A stretch of DNA of 64,000 bases from Podarcis tiliguerta (lineage: Eukaryota), in assembly GCA_965153285.1 (NCBI GenBank), contig OZ229118.1. One strand, 5' to 3'. Numbering within the stretch: position 1 is the first letter of the stretch; every line of letters begins with the position of its first letter. The position numbers were made by a program, and so were the translations under genes. Positions 12,474 through 24,586 of this stretch are shown here, one piece after another. The notes beneath the pieces are model-generated. The model was not told the origin of the DNA, made no database searches, and saw nothing but the letters and a program-made list of their open reading frames with translations.

Positions 12474-12716
12474 CATTGGTATCTCTGGTTACGAACTTAA
12501 TTCGTTCCAGAGGTCTGTTCTTAACCTGAAACCGTTCTCAACCTGAGACCGTTCTTAACCTGAGGTACCACTTTAGGTAATGGGGCCTCCCGCTGCCACC
12601 GTGCCACGAGCGCGCGGTTTCTGTTCTCATCCTGAGGTAAAGTTCTTAACCCGAGGTACTATTTCCAGCTTAGCGGAGTCTGTAACCCAAGGTGTTTGTA
12701 ACCCAAGGTACCACTG
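12474..12716 (-). mobile_element. Tc1/mariner-type MITE, family A (opposite orientation to other copies)
   Basis: TA flanks; ends CATTGGTATCTC / AGGTACCACTG; reverse complement of 15799-16038. Confidence 0.88.
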
Positions 12717-12762
12717 TATTCCCATTCATGTGTTTCACAAAGAGACACACAAACAATTTATA

Positions 12763-12985
12763 CAGTGGAACCTCGGGTTGCGGACGCAATCCATGACGGA
12801 GGCACATCCGCAACCCGCAGCGTTCACATCCTGAAGCACTGCGTCTGCGCAGACGCCGGTGTGATTTGGCGCTTCTGTGCATGCGGCAAAACTCGGAAGT
12901 AACCCGTTCTGGTACTTCCGGGTTTCCTGCAGTCTGCAACCCAAAAACACGTAACCTGAAGCGGCCGTAACATGAGGTATGACTG
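12763..12985. mobile_element. Tc1/mariner-type MITE, family B (CpG-rich, young)
   Basis: TA-CAGTGGAACCTCGGGTT ... GAGGTATGACTG-TA. Confidence 0.85.
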
Positions 12986-13161
12986 TACTTCCCATCTCAT
13001 CCCAGTCTTTCTTCCCCTCCCCACCCCCAACAAATACTGAACTACTGGAAAAGTTGGAGGGAATTTTTTTAATCTTAGAATATGTTTATAATTTGAAACA
13101 TTTTGTAAAGAACATCCGCTGTGACGCATTGCAGCAAACTGAGACAAAGTGTACAATACTA

Positions 13162-13441
13162 GCAGCGCCGGCCCTGCCATTAGACAGGGGGCAAATGCCA
13201 CCTAAGGCAGCAGATGCTGGGAAGTGGGGAGTAGCAGCAAGTTGTTGGGATGAGAGAGCAGTGCAGGCCAAGAAGCCTGTCCTGAGCCCTCTAAAACAGC
13301 CTTAAGGGGATGCTGTTCCATCATCAGTGCTGAAACAAGGTTTGAATGGCCTGCCTTGCAAACTTCTGCAGATGGGACTGGGGAGATGTGGCGCCATCTT
13401 ATCCTTCACTCAAGGCAACAGCATGACTCAGGTTGGCCGTG
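13162..13441. mobile_element. Old non-autonomous hAT-like element
   Basis: End cagcgccggccctgccattag...gccacctaaggcagcagatg is the reverse complement of the ends at ~24390-24440 and ~33640-33690. Confidence 0.55.
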
Positions 13442-13739
13442 AAGACTCGTATGAATAAGCAGCAATATTGTCTGAATTAAAAAATGCACACCATTAGCAG
13501 CCTTTTTTTTTTTACCTAAATATTCTGTTTTAAATTTAAAGGCTATAGGGTGCTGTTTAAAAACAACCCTCTCTCTCTGTCTCTCTCAAACTTTAATTAA
13601 TGGAATTTGAAAGCATTTGCTACTTACAAAGCTAAACCCAGAAAAACATTACCAGAATATATAGCTAAAAATGGCAGCTGTAGTTCTTGAATGTGCAAAC
13701 GGAAAGGCTCTTAAGCTCTCTTCTGCCACCATCCAAATT

Positions 13740-14045
13740 CAGAATTGTGCCTTGAATTAATAACCTTTGGCAAATGCATGCAACAGATGCTGAATTTGTT
13801 TGATAGTCCAAAGAGGGACCCAGCAAATCAGGAGTTAATTATTCACCTTTTATTTGCAGCTAGTGCGACAATAGCAAAGCTCTGGAATGGTTTTAAGTGC
13901 ACTGATGTAGACGATTGGTATTGTTAAGATTTGGCATATAGCCCTGTTAGAAAAGCTTTCGCATAAATGGCAAGTTATTAGGGGGCAAATAGAGAGAGAT
14001 CAATTTGCAACCATATGGTTCCTTTTTATTGAATACACTCACATA
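13740..14045 (+). mobile_element. L1-like ORF2 C-terminal remnant
   Basis: Broken translation ELIIHLLFAASATIAKLW...DDW...IWHIALLEKLSHK...FATIWFLFIEY resembles the end of non-mammalian L1 ORF2. Confidence 0.55.
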
Positions 14046-15798
14046 CAGGAGCACAGCAGAGCTGTTCCAGCACTACATAAGTCAGTAGGGCTATTATGGG
14101 GAGCTTTAGGTAATGGAAACAGACTTTGTCTTGGGTCCACTGGGGTCTCCAATTTCTGTTCAACGAAACAAAAGGAACGTACTTTCTTTCTCTTTGATTA
14201 CCTGTGCACGTTGCTAAGATCTTGATAATACTATATCCACTTAAATTGAGGGTGATTTTTGATGTTTTATCCCCCAACCTGGTCTTCCTTTTACTCTGTG
14301 AGGTGGGTGAATAGTGTTGCTTGTTTGGGGTTGTACTGAGGGGGACAGGAGTCCCTTCCTCTGTCTATTCACATTTTAGAAGAAGAAAAAATTTACAAGA
14401 ACTATATTATTAAAAAGTTGATGCATACAACTGAGGTGGAAACCAAAGTGTAGAACCATTTGCCACATTTGCTGGCACCTGGCCCCTTAATTAGGCCCAG
14501 ATACAAGCAGGTATGCACTAACCAGGCAATGAGGAGACCACATCTGGACATTGCCTGGAGACTCCATCTGTAATTGATGGCAGTGAAGGAGCTCATCTTC
14601 TGTGCCTTAGGCAGAAAGGAGGGGAGGCAGGAATGATATAAAAAGACAGAAGAAGGTGGAAAAGCCCAATAGAGACATAGGGAACAGGTTGGTCAAGCTG
14701 GAAGCCTAAATAAGGGGCCTCCACAGAGACGGGGGCGGGGGGAGTTCTTGCTTCCCTGTTGGAAGGTCTTCTTCAGGCTGTTCCACTAAGCTCTATTGGG
14801 CATGACCTGAGAAAAGAGTATGCTTTCTCTTGGCGAGGCATAACAGCCTGGATTTAACCCTGCTAAGGGTCCTGAGGCACAAGACCCTTGTTTACCTTGG
14901 GGAAGAAACTTTCCTGGAACTTGGAAGCATCTCTGGAAGGAACTGACTGTCCCTTCTATAACCTGAATGAAGTCTGATATAGAGCTGACCTGATGAGACT
15001 TGGTGCCATTCTTTTGACATTTTTGGAACATGCCCCTTGCTTTTGATTGCTCCTTCCTCAGGGGTAGGGCACCCAAGTGAATACAGGAAAGAGCCCCTGT
15101 TCCTTTAAGGGCATTTACTGTTCTCTAAACTTGCTCTGGTGTCATATTCACGCCCTAGTGATATAGACAAATGTACAGTGAAATCCTGTACATATCTGTT
15201 CAGATGTAAGTGCGGCGGAATTTAATTGGGTTTACTCTCAGGTAAGTGGGCAGAGTGTGGAAGCTGTAATTCTGGAAATGAGTTGATGCAACTGTCATAA
15301 TAAATCCACTTAGGGGAAAACTATGTTCCTAGTGCAGGTGAAAGTGGCAGGGAAACCTTTTAAATAAATTAATAATATCCACATAATGTTGGCAATGGAA
15401 GCCTTACTGGGATTTGTGCCAGCTGAAAGCCTTCCTGCACTGAGAGATGTTTTCAGGAAACTTTCTGCAGCAATACTAGGGAAATACTCCCAGAATAGCA
15501 ATGCTCACTTACAGCCTCAGAATTGTTTTCTTTTAGGTATTTGCATGGATCAGAACACATCAGTACACATCAGAATCAGGAGGGCTTTTATTGCAAGTTA
15601 ATTAGTACTGGACTTTGTATTACCTTTAGCCACACTTGCTTCATTAGCACATGCTTCACACTGCAGAGCATATGAGCTTCAAATTAAAATTCAATTCAAG
15701 AGGAAATTACCTACTTTCTAACAAAAACGGGGCTGCTGGCTTCTGTGTACCCCAGTGCACAGTGGCTGTGAAATACCGTATGACGAAGTCTGCTTGTA

Positions 15799-16038
15799 CA
15801 GTGGTACCTCGGGTTACATACACTTCAGGTTACATACGCTTCAGGTTACAGACTCTGCTAACCCAGAAATAGTACCTCGGGTTAAGAACTTTGCTTCAGG
15901 ATGAGAACAGAAATCGTGCTCTGGCGGCAGCGGCAGCAGGAGGCCCCATTAGCTAAAGTGGTGCTTCAGGTTAAGTACAGTTTCAGGTTAAGAACGAACC
16001 TCCGTAATGAATTAAGTACTTAACCCAAGGTACCACTG
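15799..16038 (+). mobile_element. Tc1/mariner-type MITE, family A
   Basis: TA-CAGTGGTACCTCGGGTTA ... TAACCCAAGGTACCACTG-TA. Confidence 0.93.
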
Positions 16039-16446
16039 TATATAGCTACACTTGGGAAGAGTCAAGCAACTTTCTTCTACAATAATTTATAGAGGGGCAG
16101 AATAAGAGCAAGAAACACTCTAAACCAGGAATGTGCACACGCCCACAAGTCCCTTGGTCTCTGGTGTCCTGTTGCTTCAGCACGTCCTGTTAGGTTGATT
16201 AATTGAGCTCTAGGAACAGCATAGAGCAGAGTTACATCTGCTGCTATGGCAGCTGGTGGGACAGACTGCAGAAAATGCATTCCAGTCAGCAACCTGCAAC
16301 ATGCAGAGGCCGAGGTTGGAATGAAAATGATGCTAGTGTTATTCATTTCATAGGGCTCTTAATGGCAGTCCTCCTCTACTCAAACCATCTTAGAGAGTCG
16401 CATTATTGTCCATCTAGATAATTACAATTACTATTAAATCATCTAT

Positions 16447-16936
16447 ACAGCATCTTAAAAAGCAGAATCACCTTGCCAACAAAGGTCCGTATAGTTAAAA
16501 CTATAGTGTTTCCAGTAGTGATGTATGGAAGTGAGAGCTGGACCATAAAGAAGGCTGATCGCCAAAGAATGGATGCTTTTGAATTATGGTGCTGGAGGAG
16601 ACTCTTGAGAGTCCCATGGACTGCAAGAAGATCAAACCTATCCATTCTTAAGGAAATCAGTCCTGAGTGCTCACTGGAAGAACAGATCCTGAAGCTGAAG
16701 CTCCAATACTTTGGCCACCTCATGAGAAGAGAAGACTCCCTGGGAAAGACACTGATGTTGGGAAAGATTGAGGGCACAAGGAGGAGGGGACGACAGAGGA
16801 CGAGATGGTTGGACAGTGTTCTCAAAGCTACCAGCATGAGTTTGACCAAACTGCGGGAGGCAGTGGAAGACAGGAGTGTCTGGCATGCTCTGGTCCATGG
16901 GGTCACGAAGAGTCGGACATGACTAAACAACAACAA
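16447..16936 (+). mobile_element. BovB (RTE-clade LINE) 3' fragment
   Basis: LPTKVRIVK...FPVVMYGSESWTIKKAD..DAFELWCWRRLLRVPWTARRSN...LKLQYFGHLMRR; (CAA)n tail. Confidence 0.93.
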
Positions 16937-17267
16937 TTATATCATCAGTCCACAGCCTCAGTAAAAAAAATAAAAATACCCTCAGGATGACACTGTAACA
17001 TGTTCTGTGAACCACCCTGATTCCTGGTATAGGGCAGTATATAAATTTAATAACATCATAACATCAAAACATAAAACATAACATAATCAGGAGTGGGAAA
17101 CCTTTGGTCCTATGCATGCTATTGGACTCCAACTCCCATCGACACAGCAAATAATGAAGGATGATGGGAAATAATGAAAGATGATGGGAGCTGGAATCCA
17201 TCATCACTTGGAGGGCGACAGGTTCTTCATATCAGACATGTATCATGCTCTAGGATGTTCAAAGCAC

Positions 17268-17296
17268 TACACACACACACACACACACACACACAC
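17268..17296. repeat. (AC)n microsatellite
   Basis: Directly visible. Confidence 0.95.
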
Positions 17297-18325
17297 TATC
17301 TCTGTAAGCTTTGCAGCAACTTTTCTAAAACTTGCCAGAATTGCTACCCTCAGTGTTATCATCAAAACATTACAGATGGAGGACTAAAGTTGAGACAAGA
17401 GTGGCTTGGTGTGGTTTTAGACAAGTCTCACAGTCGAGTGATAATGTAATCTGGACCATTCAAGTGACAGCCATCATTTTGGGCACTACGCTGCCCCAGA
17501 TTGCCAAAGGTAAATGCTTAACTCTTAAACTGGGTTTTGCATGTTCCCTTCCTACTGCTTTAGGACAAAAGAAATAGGTTGCAACTTGCAAGTCTTAGTA
17601 TCTCTAAGAGAGGAAGCAATGTACAGCACAATGACCTAGCACCAACATCGCCCTGCAGGCACGCAGATCTCAGGAGAGAGCAACTGAACTAGTTGGCCTG
17701 ATTCTATTTGGATTTGGTGGCTGGGAGCCTGAGCGCAGTGCAGATCCCACAAGGCTGTATAGGCATGAAGCCAGGGCATGGCAAGGAGATTCACAACTGC
17801 ACTGAACAATTGCAGTGTGTCAAAGGGTCTCTTCTGCCAAGCATTGTCATAGTTGCTGTTCCAGAGACAGACCAACTATGTTAGAAGATACCTGACCCAC
17901 CTACTGAGTAAGAATATTTAACGGGGAATTGCAAAAATTAAACAGGCAGCCTCTTACACATTAAACTACATGTCCTACCACAGAGTGCTGGGTCTTCTTC
18001 TTCACTATCTTCCTACTTATTTCTAACCCAGTTTCTTTCCTCCCCTCCCCCCATATGTAATGTGGAAGCCACTCTCATTCATTCATACAAACATACACAC
18101 CGATACACATTCAGAAGGAAGGGCGGGATACAAATTCAATGAATAAAAATAATTCCTATGCACACACTTTCCTGCTAACTCCACAGAACTTGTAGCATCC
18201 CATGATGCTCATGCTGAGCCAGTCTGAACTCTAGGTTCCGTAGCGGTGCCACTGTCCAAGGTATTTGTGGCTTCAGTTGTTGTTGTTACAGAGAACCAGC
18301 CATAACCATATGGAGAGGATATGCA

Positions 18326-18903
18326 GGGCTCCATGATCACTGCAGATCGTGACAGCAGTCACGAAATTAAAAGACGCCTGCTTCTTGGGAGAAAAGCAAT
18401 GACAAACCTAGACAGCATCTTAAAAAGCAGAGACATCACCTTGCCAACAAAGGTCTGTATAGTTAAAGCTATAGTGTTCCCAGTAGTGATGTATGGAAGT
18501 GAGAGCTGGACCATAAAGAAGGCTGATTGCCAAAGAATGGATGCTTTTGAATTATGGTGCTGGAGGAGACTCTTGAGAGTCCCATGGACTGCAAGAAGAT
18601 CAAACCTATCCATTCTGAAGGAACTCAGCCCTGAATGCTCACTGGAAGGACAGATCCTGAAGCTGAGGCTCCAATACTTTGGCCACCTCGTGGGAAGAGA
18701 AGACTCCCTGGAAATGACCCTGGTGTTGGGTAGATTGAGGGCACAAGGAGAAGGGGACGACAGAGGACAAGATGGTTGGACAGTGTTCTCGAAGCTACTA
18801 ACATGAGTTTGACCAAACTGCGGGAGGCAGTGGAAGACAGGAGTGCCTGGCGTGCTCTGGTCCATGGGGTCACAAAGAGTCAGAAACGACTAAATGACAA
18901 CAA
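18326..18903 (+). mobile_element. BovB (RTE-clade LINE) 3' fragment
   Basis: GSMITADRDSSHEIKRRLLLGRKAMTNLDSILKSRDITLPTKV...; frameshift near 18730; CAA tail. Confidence 0.93.
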
Positions 18904-20059
18904 AATATGCTTAAGATTGGGCTCCATATTTCTTGTGGATTCCACTGCACAGTAATTATGACAGAGCGTGGGGTGGAATCAGAACTGCTTGTATGAATCA
19001 ATTTTAAGTTATAATTGGGGAGATTCAAACAGCTTTCTTCCTTGACTTAAGGAGGTGCACAGTGAAGTCCACCCCCCAAAAAAACCCCACCTAATTTTAT
19101 ATTCTGGGTTTGCCGCCAGCCTCAGTTTAATTAATTGCCTCTTTAGAAACACTGTATTTTATAACTCAAAACAAAGATCTCATAACAGAAGCTTATCATA
19201 AAGTGTACATTGAAACAGAGTTATCCCTGAAGACTAAAATACTGAAAAGTGAAAGCAGGCTATGTCCCACCATAAACAGAAAAGATAATTCTCTGAGGCA
19301 AAAATTTATTCTAACTCAAGGCATTTTATTGCTTTTTAAAAAACCATTGGGAAGAAATGTATTATTGCTCCACAAACAGGAAAAGAAAATGAATTGCTGG
19401 CATACATTTAATCATAATCTTTATCTCCCCTGGGTATGAAATGGCAGGGCACAGGAAGTGGTTGGAGTGGGTGTTTGAGAGAATAAGCCATTATGGGAAA
19501 GGAACAAGAGCAAACAACAGTTGGAATTAGGGAGGGGGATATAAATGGGAATGTGGTTAGTAGGAAACCTTGCACTTCTCCTTTTATGCTGATAGATGAG
19601 GAGTTAGAAATGAATATGCTTCTTTCTTTACTTCCACTTCCCCTCTTTTGCCATCTCATGTCTTATTTCACTTAAGGTATCTCCATACATTAATTGTTGG
19701 AGAACTGGAAATGCTATGGTAGGCCGTCCATACTTTCTCCATGTAATGCTACAGGGATAGTCTGGAAAATCTATCATAACATAACACACTTACATCTGCA
19801 ATAAAATAAAATAGTACAAGGGCAAAAACAAAACAAAAAACAAAACCAACACCAAGTACATTTCATGGCTTACTGTTATGTGCATTCTAATAGTGCTAGC
19901 AGACAGTAGTGTTGCTCTAAACAGTGTTAGAAATTCATTTTCTGTGACTGGCACGCGTCCAATTGCCACCACATGGAGATTTCTGGATGCCAGATTGGCA
20001 GCTGACATCTCCATCTGCCTGGCCCCACCAGCTTTCTTGAGCAGGTGCATGGAAGAGCT

Positions 20060-20258
20060 TATTTATTGCATTTATATCCCACCTTTTCATAAAGTGTACA
20101 TGGTTCACCCCTGTCCTCAGTTAATCCCTACAACAACCCTGTGAGATTAGGAGGCTGTGGCTGGCCCAAGGTTACCAGTGAGCTTCATGACAGAGTGGGG
20201 TTCAAACCACAATCCTAAGGCTAAGAGTCTCATGCTCTACCAACTGAGCTATACCAGA
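20060..20258 (-). mobile_element. tRNA-derived SINE (Squam3/MIR-like), degenerate
   Basis: cctacaacaaccctgtgag...ggcccaaggttaccagtgagcttcatg...ttcaaacc motif shared with 24587-24837. Confidence 0.65.
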
Positions 20259-21197
20259 TCATGGACCATTGGTCTGACTTCCCAAGATCTATGATACCAC
20301 AAACATAGTGCTTCACAGGAGCACTGCTGGAATGTTCTGGCAAAGGACTCCCCCTAAACAAGACATAGAAAGGTCTTTATATTGTGAGTCCCTTGGGGAT
20401 ACTTTGTACAAGATAGGCCAGAAGTCAAAATACAAAAATATTGAAAGCCATCCTTCCCTGTTTGTACATTTAGTAAAGACCATAGAGAGACTACCAAATA
20501 AAAATACACTCCAGACGACAGCAAAAACTTCCAAATTAGAATCTTCTTTTAAGTGTCCTCCATCTCTTTTCTTTTCCCAATGTGACATTCTTCACTTTGA
20601 TAAATTTGTTTGGCCATGTGAAAATACAAAAAAAAGTTTGGAGGAAAGGTAATTTATTTTTTTACTGGCAGCAGAACAGAACGGCTGCAAGACCTGAACT
20701 GACACAGGAAGTGGAGCTTCTCAGCAGCTATTCTAGTGGTCTGAGAAAAACACCCCTGACTCATCTGGGTCTATTAAACAAATGCTTTCAATGTCAATTA
20801 AATGTATTCAACAGGATATTAAAGCATGCTAGACTGAGCCGCTGTCTCACATTTTCATAAACTCTTCTCGTTTGGAGATTTAAAATGTTCCTTTTTATTA
20901 GGATTTTATATCTATTTAATGCAAATATTAATAAAAGCTTTCTTGAGAATGCATGAAATCAGAGAGAGAAAGGAATGTTTTAGGTTTTGTAAAGAGGTCA
21001 GTGATTGCTAAGCTTCTGTACCCAACAGAAACCGCCCAGAATGTTCCCAATTCTATGACCGACTTCTGGGGGGGAAATGTTGTGTTGTTTTTTTAAAGGC
21101 ATGAAAGTGGCCCAGCAGCAACTTTGTAGGGAGTGCTATGGCTTTGTGAGACTATGAAGGACAGACACCAGGGGGTGCTGAAGAATATTTCTTCCAA

Positions 21198-21380
21198 TAG
21201 GAACATAGGAACCGGCTTGTTGTTCCATGTAGCTTAGTATTGACTGCACTGACTTGCACCAGCTTTTCGGGGATTCAAGGAGGAGTTTCTCCCAGCCCTA
21301 TTTGGAGATACTGGGGAATGTGACACATACTTTCTGCATGCCAAGCAGCTGTTCTACCACTGAGCTATGTGCTTCCCCCA
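21198..21380 (-). mobile_element. tRNA-derived SINE (Squam2-like)
   Basis: taggaacatagga tail and ctaccactgagcta head; reverse complement of 40320-40479. Confidence 0.7.
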
Positions 21381-21829
21381 TGTTCCATGGGGGTTGGTGG
21401 GCTGTGGGGTTTAAGAATTTATGCATGGCCTTTTCTAAATTCTGCCTTTTGTCTTCTGCTCAGGATATCAAGACAAACTGAAAAAGGAAAAAGGCTAACA
21501 TAAACTTATGCTGCATGCTTATTTAGGAAGTCAACAGATTTACTTCTGGGTAGACATGAATAGGATTTCCATTATAACAATTTCCAGCAGGGTTATCAAC
21601 AACTGTTTTGTCAATTTCCTCTGTTGCAGCAAGACAGCAAAGAGTCTTGTGGCACCTAAAAACTAACAAAGTTGCTAGGGTATAGCCTTTTGTGAATTAC
21701 AGTTAGCTTCATCAGATATATGCAATGTTATCCTGATACAGTATATATATATATGGGTCAGAGGGACAGAAAACAATTAGGCCTGTGAGGTCAGAAGGAA
21801 ATGACTTGAAGAAAATACAGGCGTTAATA

Positions 21830-22071
21830 CAGTGGTACCTCGGGTTACATATGCTTCGGGTTACATACGCTTCGGGTTACAGACTCCGCTAACCCAGATA
21901 TAGAACCTCGGGTTAAGAACTTTGCTTCAGAATGAGAACAGAAATCATGCTCTGGCAGTGTGGCAGCAGCAGGAGGCCCCATTAGCTAAAGTGGTGCTTC
22001 AGGTTAAGAAAAGTTTCAGGTTAAGAATGGACCTCTGGAACGAATTAAGTTCTTAACCCGAGGCACCACTG
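21830..22071 (+). mobile_element. Tc1/mariner-type MITE, family A
   Basis: TA-CAGTGGTACCTCGGGTTA ... CCGAGGCACCACTG-TA. Confidence 0.93.
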
Positions 22072-22203
22072 TAATTATACTATCAGCCTACGTTAAGTTT
22101 ATCTCCCTATATACTGTCTGCATTTCACTCTTCCTCTGAACACACTGTTGACAATCCTGCCTCTTCCATATATATCTAGAAATCAGGATAACACTTCATA
22201 CAT

Positions 22204-22799
22204 CAAGCTTAACATGAGTCAACAGTGAAGTAAAGCAGCAAAAAAAGCTAACGTTATTCTAGGCTGCATCAACAGAAGTATAGTGTCCAGATCAAGGGAA
22301 GTAATAGTCCAGCTCTATTCTGCCTTGGTCAGACCACACCCTGAATACTGTGTCCAGTTCTGGGTGCCACAATTTAAGGATACTAACAAGCTGGAACGTG
22401 TGCAGAGGAAGGTGACCAAAATCAGGGTCTGGAAATCAAGCCTCATGAGGAATGGTTGGTGGAGTTGGGTATGTTTAGCTTGGATAAAAGGAAACTGAAG
22501 AGATATGACAGCCATATTCAAATATCTAAAGGGATATCACATGGAAGATGGAGCAAGCTTGTTTTCTCCTGCTCCAGAGAGTAAGACACAAACTAATGGA
22601 TTCAAGTTACAAGAAGGGAGATTCCAACTAAACATCAAGTAGAACCTTCTGACAGTAAGAGCTGGTCTCTCCTTCTTTGGCGGTTTTTAAGCAAAAGTTG
22701 GATGGTTACTTGTCATGGATGCTTTAGCTAAGATTCCTCCATTTCAGTGGGTTGGACTAGATGATCCTCTGGGTCCTTCCAACTCTACAGTTCTATGAT
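22204..22799 (+). mobile_element. CR1 LINE 3' fragment
   Basis: KLNMSQQ...[26 protein letters not shown]; 3' end gggttggactagatg...ttccaactctacagttctatgat. Confidence 0.9.
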
Positions 22800-22887
22800 A
22801 AAGTGGACTGTAGTCAACTAAAGCTTATGCCACAATGAATTAGTTAGTTGTTGGTTGTTAAAACGCCACAAGACTCTTGGTTGTCTG

Positions 22888-23054
22888 CAGTGGCGTAGCG
22901 TGGGGGGTGCAGGGGGGGCCGGCCGCACCGGGCGCAACATCTGGGGGGGGGGCGCTCCCACTCGCAGCTCTCTGCCCCCTGCTAAAATCCACGGGTTAGG
23001 GGGCGCAAATTACTTGCCTTGCCCCGGGTGCTGACAACCCACGCTACGCCACTG
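22888..23054. mobile_element. Young hAT MITE (167 bp)
   Basis: Perfect 17-bp TIR CAGTGGCGTAGCGTGGG; perfect 8-bp TSD GTTGTCTG (22880-22887, 23055-23062); CpG-rich. Confidence 0.93.
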
Positions 23055-23814
23055 GTTGTCTGTGAGTTGGACTGTCAAGACTTCTACATAGTACATTCAA
23101 ATAAGAAAACATGCATCTATCAGTGGCTAGTTCCTGAAGACCACCTGCCCAGAATTCACTTTCTCTGGCTTGAAATAAAATGCAAGGTCTGTGGGAACCA
23201 GTCGTAGTTGCACGGTAGTGAGGGGAAAGGCACTGTGTCCTTTTTCAATTATTGAGGAACTCTCAATTGTTATTTCACATCTTCCAGGCTTCAGTGAGCC
23301 CTGGCTCAAATTAAGCTTGGCACCTGTGCTTACTGCATGCCAACCATCTCTGACCTCAATATTTTTCCAGCTCCACATTAGCTCTGGTGAAACAGAAATC
23401 CATTTTTCATTCCACCAAGAGACATTTTCTAACCTCGCATGTCAACTCTCAAGCACTAACAGAAATGATCCCATTTACAATTATTCCAGCATCTTTTCTG
23501 AAAATGGCCTGAGCCATTTTCTCAGCTGTATGCTTCACTTTCCAGTCCCTGACATCTATATTCCGTGGGTGTGCACCCAGACCTGCAATTTTTCACTATG
23601 CAACATTAAGAGACAGGAAATCACACAAGAAGGTGACTAGTCTGTACTAACCACTGCACTCTGTAAATCTTGGCTCCTGTTTAGAGCTCCATTTCTCAGT
23701 TGTCCTACTCGTCATTCATCACAGACTTCGTCGTTCATTCCTTTGGCCGGTCCAGCAATATTTGCAGATACAACATTTGTACATTATGTGAGTTCTCAAG
23801 CAGGGCATAAGAAA

Positions 23815-24439
23815 CGGAGGCCAGCGCAAGCCATTTTGCTGCCTGGGACAAAGGCCCTTGTCCATTACAGTGGTACTTTGGGTTACATACGCTTCAGGTT
23901 ACATATGCTTCAGGTTACAGACTTCGCTAACCCAGAAATAGTGCCTCAGATTAAGAACTTTGCTTCAGGATGAGAACAGAAATCATGCTCCGGCGGTGCG
24001 GCAGCAGCAGGAGGCCCCATTAGCTAAAGTGGTGCTTCAGGTTAAGTACAGTTTCAGGTTAAGTACGGACCTCCAGAACGAATTAAGTACTTAACCCAAG
24101 GTACCACTGTATTTTAAAATATTTATATGTTGTTTTCCAGGCAAAGTGTGCCTAAAGCAGCTTAAAACAATTACAACTATAAGTATAAATATCAATATTG
24201 TTAAAATAAAAGCTAAGCTAGGATAAATCATTCCTTGTTCAGAAGCCAACTGGACTGGCAATTGCATCTTATATCAACACAGGCAATGGGAAAGCATCTT
24301 CCACCTAAGGGCAGCAGGCTAGTTTTGCAGGTGCAGACCAAATTGCACAGCACACACACAGCTTCATCCGCCCCACAGTCCTAAGCATCTGCCACCTGAG
24401 GCAGCCGTCTCACTCTGCCTAATGGTATGGCCGGTCCTG
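23815..24439. mobile_element. Old non-autonomous hAT-like element hosting a MITE
   Basis: ccattttgctgcctggg ... ctcactctgcctaatggtatggccggtcctg; homologous to 33056-33691. Confidence 0.55.
23868..24109 (+). mobile_element. Tc1/mariner-type MITE, family A
   Basis: TA-CAGTGGTACTTTGGGTTA ... TAACCCAAGGTACCACTG-TA. Confidence 0.93.
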
Positions 24440-24586
24440 TTAAATACCCTCAGTACATACAGAGAGTGTGTTCCCCCCATGTGAATGCCTGGGGAATCCA
24501 GAATGAATAGCAAAATCCATGGGCAGGGGGCAATGACCATGGTGCTAAATTAGCCGCCATAGTTACAACCACCCTTGCAAACCAAG

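Larger units (their letters stand above)
21633..22887. mobile_element. Penelope-like inverted terminal arms, interrupted by a MITE and a CR1
   Basis: Left arm gacagcaaagagtcttgtggcacc...ttcatcagat...tgttatcctgat (21633-~21770). It is the inverted copy of atcaggataacac..catacatc (22182-22204) plus tgataaagtggac...gccacaagactcttggttgtc (22796-22887). Resembles reptile Penelope terminal repeats as recalled. Confidence 0.7.
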
